Positions 1 through 9,551 are shown, numbered from the stretch's first letter. The stretch: DNA of 64,000 nucleotides from an uncultured Planctomycetaceae bacterium (GCA_964475955.1 CAYYZY010000019.1:22-64021); one strand, 5' to 3'. The notes: generated by a model not told the origin, from the sequence alone. Made by a program: numbers and translations.

Positions 1-1416
1 GTAGACGCGCTGCAGGGCTTCTTCCTCATCGCGGTAGAGGCCCGCGCCGATGCCGGCGAGGATGGCGGCGCCTAGGGGGGTGGCTTCTTCGACGGCGGGG
101 ACTTCGACGGGGCGGCCCACCACGTCGGCCTTGTTCTGCATCCAGAACTCGTTGCGCACGGCGCCGCCCACGGCGACGAACCGCTCGAGCGTGGTGCCCA
201 GGCCCGACTCCATGGCGGTGACGATGTCGCGGAACTGGTAGTCGAGCCCTTCGAGGATCGCGCGGAGCAGGTCGCCGTGGGTGGCCAGGTTGCCCAGCCC
301 GACGAAGGCCCCGCGGCTTTGCGGGTCGACCACCGGGCAGCTCGCCCCCGACATGTGGGGCAGGAACATCACGCCCCGCGCGCCCGGCGGCGAGGCGGCC
401 GCTGCGGCCATCAGGCGGTCCCAGTCGGAGCCGCCCTCCCGTTCGGCCCGCTGCGCCGCCTCGAAGCCGAACTGGCCTCGAAACCACTCCAGCATTTCGC
501 CGGCCACGTTGGAGCCCCAGGTGGCGTACTTATTCCGAGCGACGTGGGCCTGGACCGTCACGCCCATCTTTTGAAGCTCGGGCGTGAGCACCGGCTCGTC
601 GGTGACGATCTGCACGATCTCCCACGTGCCGGTCACGTCGAGCACCACCCCGGGGCGGAACGACCCCACGGGCAGGGCGCCGCAGAGGTGGTCGTGCCCG
701 CCGAGCACGACGGGCGTCCCTTCACCCAGCCCGGTCGCCCGGCTGGCGGCCGCGGTCACTTCGCCCAGCACGGTGCTGGCCGGCTGCGGGTCGCACAAGA
801 GGCGCCGGTCGATGCCCGAGGCGGCCAGCATCTCCTCCGACCAGTCGCGTGTGCGCTGATCGAACAACAGCGTGCACGAGGCCATGCTGTAGTCGGTCGC
901 CCGGCGCCCCGAGAGCATGAAGTTCACGAAGTCCTCGATCAACAGCCACTTGTCGGTTCGGGCGAGGACCTCCGGCTCGTTCTCGGCGACCCAGAGGATC
1001 CTCAGCGCGCTGTTGATCGGCCAGAGGGGGTTGCCGCCGATGGAGAAGACCTTTTCGGCCCCGATGTGCTCCTGCCACCACGCCAACTGCGGGCCGGTGC
1101 GCGGGTCGAGCCAACTGATGAAGGGGTAAAGCCACTGCCCGTCGCCGTCGACCGGCACGCCGTCCATGCCCATGCCGGTCACGGCCACGGCCTTCACCTC
1201 GCCCGGATCGCCGAGCGAGGAGACCGCGTCGCGGATCGCCGCCGCGGTGCCGCCCCAGATTTGCTCGGGGTCCCAGACGGTCCACTCCGGGTGGTCCGGA
1301 TTGGGATGGAACCGTTCGGTCGGCCGGCTGCCGCTGGCCACGGCCTGTCCGTCGCGATCGTAAATCACGGCCTTCAGGCTCGTGGAACCCAGGTCGACGC
1401 CCATCAAATAGTCCAT
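1..1416 (-). CDS. FGGY-family carbohydrate kinase (xylulokinase/fuculokinase-like); 3' end lies beyond the left window edge
   Basis: Not in the ORF track because the frame runs off the edge. Hand translation of the minus strand from ATG 1416-1414 (AGGAGG about 8 nt upstream) gives MDYLMGVDLGSTSLKAVIYD, GGHDHLCGAL, FLPHMSGASCP and GGAVRNEFWMQNKADVVGRPVEV..PLGAAILAGIGAG. These are FGGY N- and C-terminal signatures. The frame is open to nt 1. ORFs 277..1419(+) and 722..1486(-) are shadow frames. Confidence 0.85.
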   Translation of the reverse strand, partial: MDYLMGVDLGSTSLKAVIYDRDGQAVASGSRPTERFHPNPDHPEWTVWDPEQIWGGTAAAIRDAVSSLGDPGEVKAVAVTGMGMDGVPVDGDGQWLYPFISWLDPRTGPQLAWWQEHIGAEKVFSIGGNPLWPINSALRILWVAENEPEVLARTDKWLLIEDFVNFMLSGRRATDYSMASCTLLFDQRTRDWSEEMLAASGIDRRLLCDPQPASTVLGEVTAAASRATGLGEGTPVVLGGHDHLCGALPVGSFRPGVVLDVTGTWEIVQIVTDEPVLTPELQKMGVTVQAHVARNKYATWGSNVAGEMLEWFRGQFGFEAAQRAEREGGSDWDRLMAAAAASPPGARGVMFLPHMSGASCPVVDPQSRGAFVGLGNLATHGDLLRAILEGLDYQFRDIVTAMESGLGTTLERFVAVGGAVRNEFWMQNKADVVGRPVEVPAVEEATPLGAAILAGIGAGLYRDEEEALQRVY

Positions 1417-1432
1417 TGATTCCTCCTGTTTT

Positions 1433-1477
1433 GGAGTGGGGGAGTCGGGAGAGGGGAGTCAGGAGAAGGGAGCCGGG
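1433..1477. repeat. 7-bp periodic array (GGGAGNN-like) x6
   Basis: ggagtgg gggagtc gggagag gggagtc aggagaa gggagcc. On the minus (coding) strand it reads NNCTCCC repeats ending about 15 nt upstream of the kinase ATG. Confidence 0.8.
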
Positions 1478-1505
1478 AATAGCCAATCACACTTCGCACT
1501 CGAGT

Positions 1506-1540
1506 CTCCCCACTCCGTGCTCCCCACTCCCCTCTCCCTC
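1506..1540. repeat. 7-bp periodic array (CTCCCNN) x5, complementary to the 1433-1477 array
   Basis: ctcccca ctccgtg ctcccca ctcccct ctccctc. It abuts and overlaps the SDR stop codon (1539-1541). Confidence 0.8.
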
Positions 1541-2300
1541 ACCGCATCAGCAGGCCGCCGCTGACGTTCACGGTGGCCCCGGTCATGTAGGCCGCGCGCT
1601 CCGAGGCGAGGAACACGACCACGTCGGCCACTTCCGCCGGGTCGGCGATGCGCTTCAAGGGGATGCGGGCAAGGTACTTCGGTTCGTTGGCTGCCAGCGT
1701 TTCGGCGGTCATGTCGGTGCGAATCATGCCGGGGGCCACGACGTTGGCCGCAATCCCGTGCGGCGCCATTTCCCGGGCGAGCGAGACGGTGAAGGCGATC
1801 ACCCCGCCCTTGCTGGCGTCGTAGGGGGCGTGGCCGGTCGTCGACCCGAGGAAGGCGGCGGTCGACGAGAGGTTGACGATCCGCCCCCCGCGGCCCGCGT
1901 CGAGCAGCCGGCGGACCATCTCTCGGCACGCCAGGAACGTGCCGGCCAGGTTGACCTGGAGCGTGCGGTTCCACTCCTCCTCGGTCAGGTCCTCCACCTT
2001 GCAGGTTGGGCAAACGGCCGCGTTGTTCACGAGCACGTCGACGCGGGACAGCGCCTCCTCGGCCAGGCGGAACATGTGGCGGACGTCGTCCTCCCGGCCC
2101 ACGTCGCCCGGCACGGCCACCGCCTCGACGCCGCAGGTCCGCCGGATCTCATCCACGACCGCCTCGGCCTCGTCGCCGTGCTGCCGGTAGTTGACGGCCA
2201 CCCGCGCCCCCTCGGCGGCCAGCCCCAGGCAGATCGCCCTTCCCAACCCCCGCGACCCCCCGGTCACCAGGGCCGCCTTATCCTTCAGGTTCAAATCCAT
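1539..2300 (-). CDS. SDR-family oxidoreductase (FabG-like short-chain dehydrogenase)
   Basis: 253-aa ORF with the Rossmann motif VTGGSRGLGRAI, NNAA, and catalytic Y-x3-K (YDASK). C-terminus is PAEVADVVVFLASERAAYMTGATVNVSGG. Confidence 0.9.
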   Translation of the reverse strand: MDLNLKDKAALVTGGSRGLGRAICLGLAAEGARVAVNYRQHGDEAEAVVDEIRRTCGVEAVAVPGDVGREDDVRHMFRLAEEALSRVDVLVNNAAVCPTCKVEDLTEEEWNRTLQVNLAGTFLACREMVRRLLDAGRGGRIVNLSSTAAFLGSTTGHAPYDASKGGVIAFTVSLAREMAPHGIAANVVAPGMIRTDMTAETLAANEPKYLARIPLKRIADPAEVADVVVFLASERAAYMTGATVNVSGGLLMR

Positions 2301-2316
2301 CCTCGTCCTCGCACTC

Positions 2317-2504
2317 GTAGGTTATGCTTCAGCATATCGAATGCACTCCTCCAGTAGTGTGTAGGTTATGCTTCAGCATATCGAATGCACTATCAAACCA
2401 TCCAGAAGCACATGCCACGACGACCGCGGCGAGGGGTTTTCGGTCCGTTGTGCTGAAGCATAACCTACCCTGTTAGAGATCCGTTATGCTGAAGCATAAC
2501 CTAC
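2317..2504. repeat. Cluster of four GTAG-headed REP-like hairpin units (2 forward, 2 inverted), AT-rich
   Basis: gtaggttatgcttcagcatatcgaatgcact occurs at 2317-2347 and 2361-2391. Its reverse complement core (ccgtt[g/a]tgctgaagcataacctac) occurs at 2445-2468 and 2481-2504. Each unit is GTAGG plus the palindrome TATGC-TTCA-GCATA. Confidence 0.85.
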
Positions 2505-2562
2505 AATCTTCAAGTCGATCCTCGTCTTCTCAGACGATGACACGCAGGCTGACGGGATACCA

Positions 2563-5343
2563 TCACGGGGCCGGGTTCAGAAGGAGGCTGACGGGCGCGA
2601 AGTGCGTCAGTTCCACGTCGAGCGCCCCGTCGCGAACCGGGACCGGCTCGCCCCGCGGCCGGCCGCGGAGATCGCACGGCTGGGCCTGCGAAACGTCCAT
2701 CCCCCCGGGAAGCCGCACGCGGCACGGCCCGTCGTCGCCCGACTGCTCCCAGAGGCGCAGCAGGATGCCGTCGCCGTCCGGGTTGGGGCCGAACGCGGTC
2801 ACGAGCACGCCCTTGCGCGAGAGGTCGATTCCGGATTGTGTCGCTGGCAGCGTGCCGGCGGGGCCGTCGAAGTACGCGGCCAGGCAAGGCGACCGCGCCT
2901 CCCACGACGGCGTGATCAGGTCGGCCTCGATCCCCTCGCCTTCGACCGCCCAGATGCGTACCCGCAACTGCCACGAGCCCTCGGTCCACTGCTGGAAGTT
3001 GGTGCCCCAGACGTTGTTGAAGAGACCCACGAACACCACGGGCTCGCGCTGGCCGAACTCCTTCGTATGCTGGTACAGGCCCGGCCGCCCGATGCTCACC
3101 AGCGGCGAGTCGAGCGGAGACAGCCCCACGCCTCGGCCGTCCGGGCCGGTGATCGTCATGCCGGTCGAAAGGCAGAAGACGTCGAAGTTCGACCCGCGCC
3201 GCGCGTCCTTCGCTGGGTCGATCACCGAGCCGAGCCGCCCCAGGCGGAACGTGGGGTCGTCGACGTTGAACGGCAGGCAGAGCCAACCGGCTTCGGGCCA
3301 TGGGTCGGGCTGCTTGTCGAACAGGGTGAAATCGAGGTCCACGTACGGCCGGTTGGGGTCGAGTTGCACCGCGAGATCAACTCCAAAGGGGACGTCCTCG
3401 CCGCGCTCGGCGCGAACCCGCCCCGTTGTCGACGTGAATGCGGCCGGCGCGAACTGGTTCGGCGAGGCAGCGGAGTAGGGGGCCTTGTCGGCAGGCGGGA
3501 GGTTGCCGCGGGCGAAGTGCGGGGCCCACCCGGGAATGTACTTCAGGTAGCTGTCGAAGTACGACTTGATGTTGTCGGCGTCGAATCGCTCGTAGAGGCA
3601 CTGCCCGAAGCCGTACCGGGACGACGCGTCGACCAGCTCCCGGCCTGACCGCTTGTCGACCAACGAGGTCACCACCCCGCGTTTCGGATCGAGACACACG
3701 CGGAAGTAGCGGTTCTCGATCGTCGCGCCATCCACCCCGGCGCGTTTCCGGTCGCCGGGCCCGGCGTCGGCTGGGACGTACGTCCGCCATCCCATCGCCG
3801 GCAGGTTCCGGGCAACGAAGCAGAGCCGGGTCTGCTTCGTCCGCACCGTCTCCGCCATGCCGGCTCCCGCGACGGTCGTTGTCTTGACGGACTGTTGCAC
3901 GTCGACGGGGATCGTCTCGCCCGTGCTTGCGTCCTTCAGGGCGTGGACCTCCCGAGCGGGCAGTTCGACGGACACCACTCCGTCGCGCCGCCAGGGGAGC
4001 GGATTGAACACGACGACCCGCGGGCCGTCGACGTTCACGGCCCGCGCCAACGTGTCGACCTGCTTCTCCAACGCCGGCACGATAGCCTCTTCCGCCTCGC
4101 AGATGTACGCCCCATGCTCGCCCCACGACTGCTCCAGCCGGGCGCAGTGCCCCTTCTCGCGCAGCTTCGCCCACTCGTCGCCGTAGTGATAGCCGAACGG
4201 GCTCATCGAGTAGCCCCACGTATGCTCGCCGTACATCAGGCTGCCCTCGTATGCCTCGGCGACGGCCCTGTCGACGGCCGGTGCTTCGACCCCCCAGGTG
4301 CGAAGCAGCGTGTTCAGCGCCTCGGTAGCCCCGATCTGCGGGCGGACGTTCCTGGCGAGCGCGGTCTCCTGGGGCATCGACATGATCCCGTGGATCCACG
4401 TATCGGGCATGTCGGCCCGGACGACCGGCAGGTCGGGCTTCTCGGCGAGGATCGCGTCGGCGAAGTCGGAGAGGCGGCCCATGCGGATCTTGGCGCCGGG
4501 CAGCTCGCGCTCGCCCTGGGCCAGGAGTTTTTGCACCTGGTCGGGCGGCGGCGGGCCGTGGTTGTCGCCCGTGTGGATCAGGGCGAGCCAGGTCTTGTAC
4601 GGCCAGTCGTCGGGCGGCTTCAGCCCGCTGCCGTAGCCGCTCGCCTCGTACATCGTGAGTACGCGCGAGCCGTCGGGCCCTTCCCACCAGAAGAGCCGGG
4701 GCACTTCGGGCGAGCCGCTGGCCGAGTTGCAGCCGAGGTGCAGGAAGTCGACGCCCGCGTGCGCGAGCACCGTGGGCACGATCCACATGTGCGACGGCAC
4801 GTCGGTCATCTTCGCGTCGCGTGCCGACGGCATCCCGAAACGCCGCGAAAGCCGCGAGGAGAACCCCATGCCGCGCACGAAGTCCTCCAGATCGAGCGAT
4901 TCGGTGTGCGTGGTGGCCGGCAGGGCGTGCCATACCAGGCGCCCCTCGCGGATCGCCCGCTCGATCCGCTCGCGCCGCTCGGGCGTTTGGCGGGGCCCGA
5001 GGATCTGGGCCATGGGCCAGCCGGGGACCGTCCACACGAAGCGATGCTCCGGGGGCAGCTCGCGCGTCGCGTCGCAGACGGCCAGCGCCTTATCGATCAT
5101 CGACGTGCGGTAGCGCTCGACCACCTCGCTGGCCAGCGCCGTGTAGCCGACGTCGAAGTGCGTCTTGAAGACGACGACCACCTGCTCCAGCGCCGGCTTG
5201 CCGGGCCGTTCCGGCGCGGCCGACTCCGCGGCGCGCAGGCGGAGGCCGAGCGCGGTCGAAAGGACGAGAAACAAGAGGATCGACGAACGAACCGGGATCG
5301 TGCGCGGCACGGCTGCGTCCTCCTTATTCAGCGCGAAGTTCAT
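2563..5343 (-). CDS. Secreted glycoside hydrolase, GH38-like (alpha-mannosidase-type N-terminal domain)
   Basis: 926-aa ORF with an N-terminal signal-like segment (SSILLFLVLSTALGL). VVVVFKTHFDVGYT resembles the GH38 H-x-H-x-D-x-G-W metal-site motif (first His replaced). Size and multi-domain length fit GH38. Family call is by motif only. Confidence 0.55.
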   Translation of the reverse strand: MNFALNKEDAAVPRTIPVRSSILLFLVLSTALGLRLRAAESAAPERPGKPALEQVVVVFKTHFDVGYTALASEVVERYRTSMIDKALAVCDATRELPPEHRFVWTVPGWPMAQILGPRQTPERRERIERAIREGRLVWHALPATTHTESLDLEDFVRGMGFSSRLSRRFGMPSARDAKMTDVPSHMWIVPTVLAHAGVDFLHLGCNSASGSPEVPRLFWWEGPDGSRVLTMYEASGYGSGLKPPDDWPYKTWLALIHTGDNHGPPPPDQVQKLLAQGERELPGAKIRMGRLSDFADAILAEKPDLPVVRADMPDTWIHGIMSMPQETALARNVRPQIGATEALNTLLRTWGVEAPAVDRAVAEAYEGSLMYGEHTWGYSMSPFGYHYGDEWAKLREKGHCARLEQSWGEHGAYICEAEEAIVPALEKQVDTLARAVNVDGPRVVVFNPLPWRRDGVVSVELPAREVHALKDASTGETIPVDVQQSVKTTTVAGAGMAETVRTKQTRLCFVARNLPAMGWRTYVPADAGPGDRKRAGVDGATIENRYFRVCLDPKRGVVTSLVDKRSGRELVDASSRYGFGQCLYERFDADNIKSYFDSYLKYIPGWAPHFARGNLPPADKAPYSAASPNQFAPAAFTSTTGRVRAERGEDVPFGVDLAVQLDPNRPYVDLDFTLFDKQPDPWPEAGWLCLPFNVDDPTFRLGRLGSVIDPAKDARRGSNFDVFCLSTGMTITGPDGRGVGLSPLDSPLVSIGRPGLYQHTKEFGQREPVVFVGLFNNVWGTNFQQWTEGSWQLRVRIWAVEGEGIEADLITPSWEARSPCLAAYFDGPAGTLPATQSGIDLSRKGVLVTAFGPNPDGDGILLRLWEQSGDDGPCRVRLPGGMDVSQAQPCDLRGRPRGEPVPVRDGALDVELTHFAPVSLLLNPAP

Positions 5344-5347
5344 TCGC

Positions 5348-5377
5348 GTGGGCCTCGCTGCGCTCGACCCACCCTAC
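5348..5377. repeat. REP-like hairpin, GTAGGGTGGGTCGAG family
   Basis: The minus strand reads GTAGGGTGGGTCGAGCGCAGCGAGGCCCAC (GTAG head plus GTGGG..CCCAC stem). It ends 4 nt before the GH38-like ATG. Confidence 0.6.
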
Positions 5378-5416
5378 ACGGCTGGGAAAACACCGATACG
5401 TACTACGCGGCATGGG

Positions 5417-6772
5417 TCAGGCTTCGAGGTACTTCTTGGGAAAGCTCCACGGATCGCGGTACTCGGGCACGGCGAGGCGCGCGGCCTGGGGGTCGCCGAC
5501 GATCTGCTCGGTGGCCGGGTCGAAACGTATCGAGCGGCCGACCTTGAGCGAGAGGTTTGCCAGCGTGCAGGCGAGATCGATCTTCACGTGGTACGCCACG
5601 TTGCAGCTCGGCTGGCGACGGCTCTTGATCGAGTCGAGCCATTCCCGCTCGTGCCCCGGCGACGGCGGAATCGACGGCTCCGGCGGCTCGACGCCCTTCA
5701 GCGCGTCGCCCTCGGGCACGATGTTGTGCACGCGGTAGTCGGAAACGAGCGTCCCGTTTAGCCCGTGGAAGTAAATGCCCAGATGATGCCGGCCGCCCTT
5801 CTCGCGCTGGAAGTTGAAGCCGTAGGTGTCGACGGCCGACGACATCCAGGTCATCGTCAGGCCGGGGTACTGCCAGTGGGCCTCCTGCGTGTCGGGCGCG
5901 TCGCCTGTGCCGCGGGTGACGAACCGCCCGCCGAAACAAGTGGTCGTCTCGGGGAATCCCAGCCCCAGGGCCCAGTAGGGCAGGTCGCAGATGTGCGGGG
6001 CCATACCGGGGATCATGCCGCCGCTGTAGTCCATGAACTGGGCCGTGTAGGCGGCGCTTCGGGCGAGGAGTTCGTTGTACCGGCGCTTGGGGCCGGGGCC
6101 GAGCCAGAGATTCCAGTCGAGGCCCTCGGGCGGCGCGGAGTCGGGCACCTGGCCGTAGCCCTCTTCGGTGCGGCGGTAGTTGAGGTAGGTTCGCACCACG
6201 CCGATCTCGCCCAGGTTCCCCGAGCGGACGTACTCCACCACGCGGCGGTAGTTGTCGCCTGCGTGGATCTGCGTGCCCACCTGCGTGACGACCCCGTGCT
6301 TCTCGGCCGCCCGCGCAAGGGCCAGGCCTTCGGCCGGGTAAATGGTCATCGGCTTCTGGACGTAGAGGTCCTTCTTGGCCTCGCAGGCGTGGATCGCCTG
6401 GAGGCAGTGCCAGTGCGGGGGCGTGGCGACGATCACGCCGTCGACGTCGTCCTGTTCGAGCATTTCGCGGTAGTCGTGGTACGGCTTGGCCGTCGGCTTG
6501 TACTGCTCGACGAGCCGGTCGCGCTTCGACTTCCACACGTCGCAGATGCCGGTGACCGCCACGTCGTCGTGCTCGGCGCAATGCTTCAGGTTGGCCGTGC
6601 CCATCAGCCCGGCCCCGATCAGGCCGACGCCGATGCGCTCACTGGGCGCGGGCTTGCCGTCGAGACCGAGGGCGCCGGCCGGGACCACGTGCGGCGCGGC
6701 AATTCCGGCGGCGCCGGCCGCGGCACCGCGTTCCAGGAAACCGCGGCGGGAGAGCTTCTGAGAATCGGACAT
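5417..6772 (-). CDS. Gfo/Idh/MocA-family oxidoreductase with twin-arginine (Tat) signal
   Basis: ORF 5417..6832. I prefer the internal ATG at 6772 (AGGAG upstream), giving MSDSQKLSRRGFLERGAAAGAAG (Tat motif). The NAD fold is IGVGLIGAGLMG and the core is VIVATPPHWHCLQAIHACEAKKDLYVQKPMT. Confidence 0.9.
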   Translation of the reverse strand: MSDSQKLSRRGFLERGAAAGAAGIAAPHVVPAGALGLDGKPAPSERIGVGLIGAGLMGTANLKHCAEHDDVAVTGICDVWKSKRDRLVEQYKPTAKPYHDYREMLEQDDVDGVIVATPPHWHCLQAIHACEAKKDLYVQKPMTIYPAEGLALARAAEKHGVVTQVGTQIHAGDNYRRVVEYVRSGNLGEIGVVRTYLNYRRTEEGYGQVPDSAPPEGLDWNLWLGPGPKRRYNELLARSAAYTAQFMDYSGGMIPGMAPHICDLPYWALGLGFPETTTCFGGRFVTRGTGDAPDTQEAHWQYPGLTMTWMSSAVDTYGFNFQREKGGRHHLGIYFHGLNGTLVSDYRVHNIVPEGDALKGVEPPEPSIPPSPGHEREWLDSIKSRRQPSCNVAYHVKIDLACTLANLSLKVGRSIRFDPATEQIVGDPQAARLAVPEYRDPWSFPKKYLEA

Positions 6773-6857
6773 GGAAACGGACTCCTGCGTGTAAGGAAGT
6801 GCTGGCTCATCCTGTGCGACCGGCTGACACAATCTGTAGCGAACGCCCTCCGCGCCG

Positions 6858-8213
6858 TTACGCCTCCAAATACTGTTTTGGGAACTTCCACGGGGCCCGG
6901 TACTCGGGCACGGCGAGCCGGGCGGCTTCCTCGTCGCCGACGATGCTCTTGGTCGCCGGGCCGAAGCGGATCGAGCGGCCCAGCTCGAGCGACAGGTTGG
7001 CCAGCACCAGCGGCACGTCGATCTTCGTGTGGTAGAACACGCTGCAACTCGGCTGCTTGCGGCTTCTGAGGCAGTCGAGCCACTCCCGCTCGTGGCCCGG
7101 CGACGGCGGGATCGACTTCTCGGGCGGCTCCTTGCCTTCCATCTGCTTCCCTTCCGGCACGATCTCGTGCATGCCGTAGTTGCAGTACATCGTGCCGTGG
7201 ACGCCGTGGAAGTAGATGCCCAGTCGCCGCCTGGGCACCGGCTCGCCGTGCAGGTCGAACCCGTAGCTGTTGGCCAGCATGCCCATCCAGGTCATGGTTA
7301 TCTGGGGGTACTGCCAGAGGATTTCTTGGACGTCGGGCGCGTCGCCGTCGTCGTCGATCACGAACCGGCCGCCCGAGCAACTGATGTTCGTCGGGTAGTC
7401 CAGCTCCAGGGCCCAGACGGGCAGGTCGACGATGTGCGGGGCCATGCCTGGGAGCCACCCGCCGCTGTAGTCCATGAACGAGCAGTGGTTGTAGCTGCTG
7501 GCGGTCAGGATGGGGTTGTAAGGGCGCATCGGCCCGGGGCCGATCCACATCTCCCAGTCGAAGCCCTGGGGGACGGGCGTCGGGGGGGCTTTGCCCACGC
7601 CGTCGCGGCCCTGGTTCATGACGTTGAACGTGCGGACCACGCTGATGTGCCCCAGGTTGCCCGAGCGCACGTACTCGACCACCCGGCGGTAGTTCTCGCC
7701 CGCGTGGATCTGCGTGCCGATCTGGCTGATGCGGTCGTGCTTCCTGACGGCGTTCATTACGGCCAGGCTCTCGCCGAGGTGGAGCGTCATCGGCTTCTGG
7801 AGGTAGAGGTCCTTGCCGGCCTCGCAGGCCTCGATCGCCTGGAGGCAGTGCCAGTGCGGGGGTGTGGCGACGATCACGGCGTCGACGTCGTCGGCCGCGA
7901 GCAGCTCGCGGTAGTCGCGATACGGCTTGGGCTTGCCCTCGTACTGCTTTACGGTGGCGTCGAGCCGGGCCTGCTGCACGTCGCACAGGGCGGCCACGGC
8001 AACGTCGTCGTGCTTGGCGCAGTTGCGCAGGTTCCCGCGCCCCATCCCGCCGCAGCCGATCAGGCCGACGTGGATCTTGTCGTTGGCCCCCGGGGCGCCG
8101 CCCTTCCCCAAAGCGCCGGCGGGAACGAAGTAGGGCGCCGACAGGCCCACCGCGCCGGCGGTCGCCGTGTTGCCCAGGAAGTGGCGTCGTGAGAGTCTCT
8201 CATCATGGGACAT
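6858..8213 (-). CDS. Gfo/Idh/MocA-family oxidoreductase with Tat signal (tandem paralog of 5417..6772)
   Basis: 451 aa. MSHDERLSRRHFLGNTATAGAVG, VGLIGCGGMG, VIVATPPHWHCLQAIEACEAGKDLYLQKPMT. Collinear with, and visibly similar to, the preceding gene along its whole length. Confidence 0.9.
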   Translation of the reverse strand: MSHDERLSRRHFLGNTATAGAVGLSAPYFVPAGALGKGGAPGANDKIHVGLIGCGGMGRGNLRNCAKHDDVAVAALCDVQQARLDATVKQYEGKPKPYRDYRELLAADDVDAVIVATPPHWHCLQAIEACEAGKDLYLQKPMTLHLGESLAVMNAVRKHDRISQIGTQIHAGENYRRVVEYVRSGNLGHISVVRTFNVMNQGRDGVGKAPPTPVPQGFDWEMWIGPGPMRPYNPILTASSYNHCSFMDYSGGWLPGMAPHIVDLPVWALELDYPTNISCSGGRFVIDDDGDAPDVQEILWQYPQITMTWMGMLANSYGFDLHGEPVPRRRLGIYFHGVHGTMYCNYGMHEIVPEGKQMEGKEPPEKSIPPSPGHEREWLDCLRSRKQPSCSVFYHTKIDVPLVLANLSLELGRSIRFGPATKSIVGDEEAARLAVPEYRAPWKFPKQYLEA

Positions 8214-8255
8214 GATGGCCTCCTCGGTATTCAGGATGGTGTGCTACGGGCGGGA

Positions 8256-9551
8256 TCATGGGTTGGCGATGGTCACCTCCGGCGGCGACGCGTAGCTCGA
8301 CCAAACGTCGGACAACTCGGCCTCGTCGGGGCCGCCCGGGTGGATCCAAAGGCGGTGATTCAGAACCAGCGGCTGGCCTCTGGGCAGCTTCACCTCGCGC
8401 GCGGCCGGATAGGCGGGCATCACGCAGTTGCAGCCCGGGTACTCGTGCAGCGGGTTCGGGTAGTCGAGGTTGGAAACGTGCTCCAGCAGGGCCACGCCCG
8501 AGGTGCCCTCTCCGCCGGGGAAAACGCCCGAGTAGTCGATCCAGGCGCGCCGCGGCTTCGCGTCCTCGGGGTCGAGATGGAGCGTGATCCGGCGTTCTTC
8601 GCACGGCGCGGCCCGAAGCGAGAACCCGCCGTAGCCGCGCTTGGGGCGCCCGCCGATGGCCACCTCGTCGACCAGGGCCGTAAGCTGCACCCGAACGTCC
8701 ACGAACCGCGCCCCCTCGGTCTGCCGGAACGCCCGGATGAGGACCTTCTCGCGCACGATCGGCGTCTCCTGCTTGCCGAACTTCCATACGTTGTCGGCCT
8801 CGATCGCGGCGAAGACCGGCCCGCTCTCGATCCGCGGCAGCCCCGCCGGGCGCGCCCACACGCCGGCCACCGCCCAGATGTCGGCCACCTGGTCCTTCCA
8901 CCGGGTGACGGGCCACGACCACCACACGCCGCGGTGGTGCGGGTGGTCTTTGGGGTAATCGGCGGTCAGGGCCTCGCCGTTCGGACCGAACAGCGGATGG
9001 ATGTAATCGCCCCGTTCGTAGCTCTCGCCGGGCGCGAAGTGCGGGTGCGTGCCCTCGGGGACCGGAACGTTGCCGTGGTTGTATCGCAGGACGGGCATCC
9101 TGGCCTCGTGGGCCGGTTGTTTCTGCCGGGCGCCCAGCTCGAACACGCCGACGGCCTCGCGGCGACCGTCGCGCTCGATTTGCCAGACCGACGGCGACTT
9201 CGCCGGAACGCGCGTGAGCCGAAACCGCCGCTCGCCGTCCGCGCCGGGCGGCATGATCCACCACAGCGTGCCCCGCTTCGAGCCCGGCTCGCTCGCCTCG
9301 AACTGGGCCGGAATCGTCACCGTGTTGGACTTCGGGACCTGGCCGTCCGGGTCGATCTCCGACAGGCACCAGTTGCCGGTCGAGACGCCCTCGCCCAGCA
9401 GCTTCGCCATGTCCACCGAGGCCGAAACCGGGGCCGCGACGCGCCCGGCCGACCCGCCGGGGTCGGACACGGTGAGGACGACGTCGCGGGCAAGGCCCAC
9501 GGGCGCGCCCGGGAGAAGACTCAAAGCGGAGAGCAGGACCAACCGACGCAT
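8256..9551 (-). CDS. DUF6807 / PmoA-family domain protein, secreted
   Basis: ORF 8256..9686. The likely start is ATG 9551 (MRRLVLLSALSLLPGAP signal). The motif DHPHHRGVWWSWP matches the conserved HPHHRG block I associate with PmoA/DUF6807 proteins, which commonly sit next to Gfo/Idh/MocA genes. Confidence 0.6.
   Translation of the reverse strand: MRRLVLLSALSLLPGAPVGLARDVVLTVSDPGGSAGRVAAPVSASVDMAKLLGEGVSTGNWCLSEIDPDGQVPKSNTVTIPAQFEASEPGSKRGTLWWIMPPGADGERRFRLTRVPAKSPSVWQIERDGRREAVGVFELGARQKQPAHEARMPVLRYNHGNVPVPEGTHPHFAPGESYERGDYIHPLFGPNGEALTADYPKDHPHHRGVWWSWPVTRWKDQVADIWAVAGVWARPAGLPRIESGPVFAAIEADNVWKFGKQETPIVREKVLIRAFRQTEGARFVDVRVQLTALVDEVAIGGRPKRGYGGFSLRAAPCEERRITLHLDPEDAKPRRAWIDYSGVFPGGEGTSGVALLEHVSNLDYPNPLHEYPGCNCVMPAYPAAREVKLPRGQPLVLNHRLWIHPGGPDEAELSDVWSSYASPPEVTIANP

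Noticed and set aside
277-1486. ORFs 277..1419(+) and 722..1486(-)
   Set aside because: Both overlap the FGGY kinase reading frame, which has clear family signatures and an AGGAGG-ATG start at 1416. Their sequences are Arg/Gly/His-rich with no motifs.
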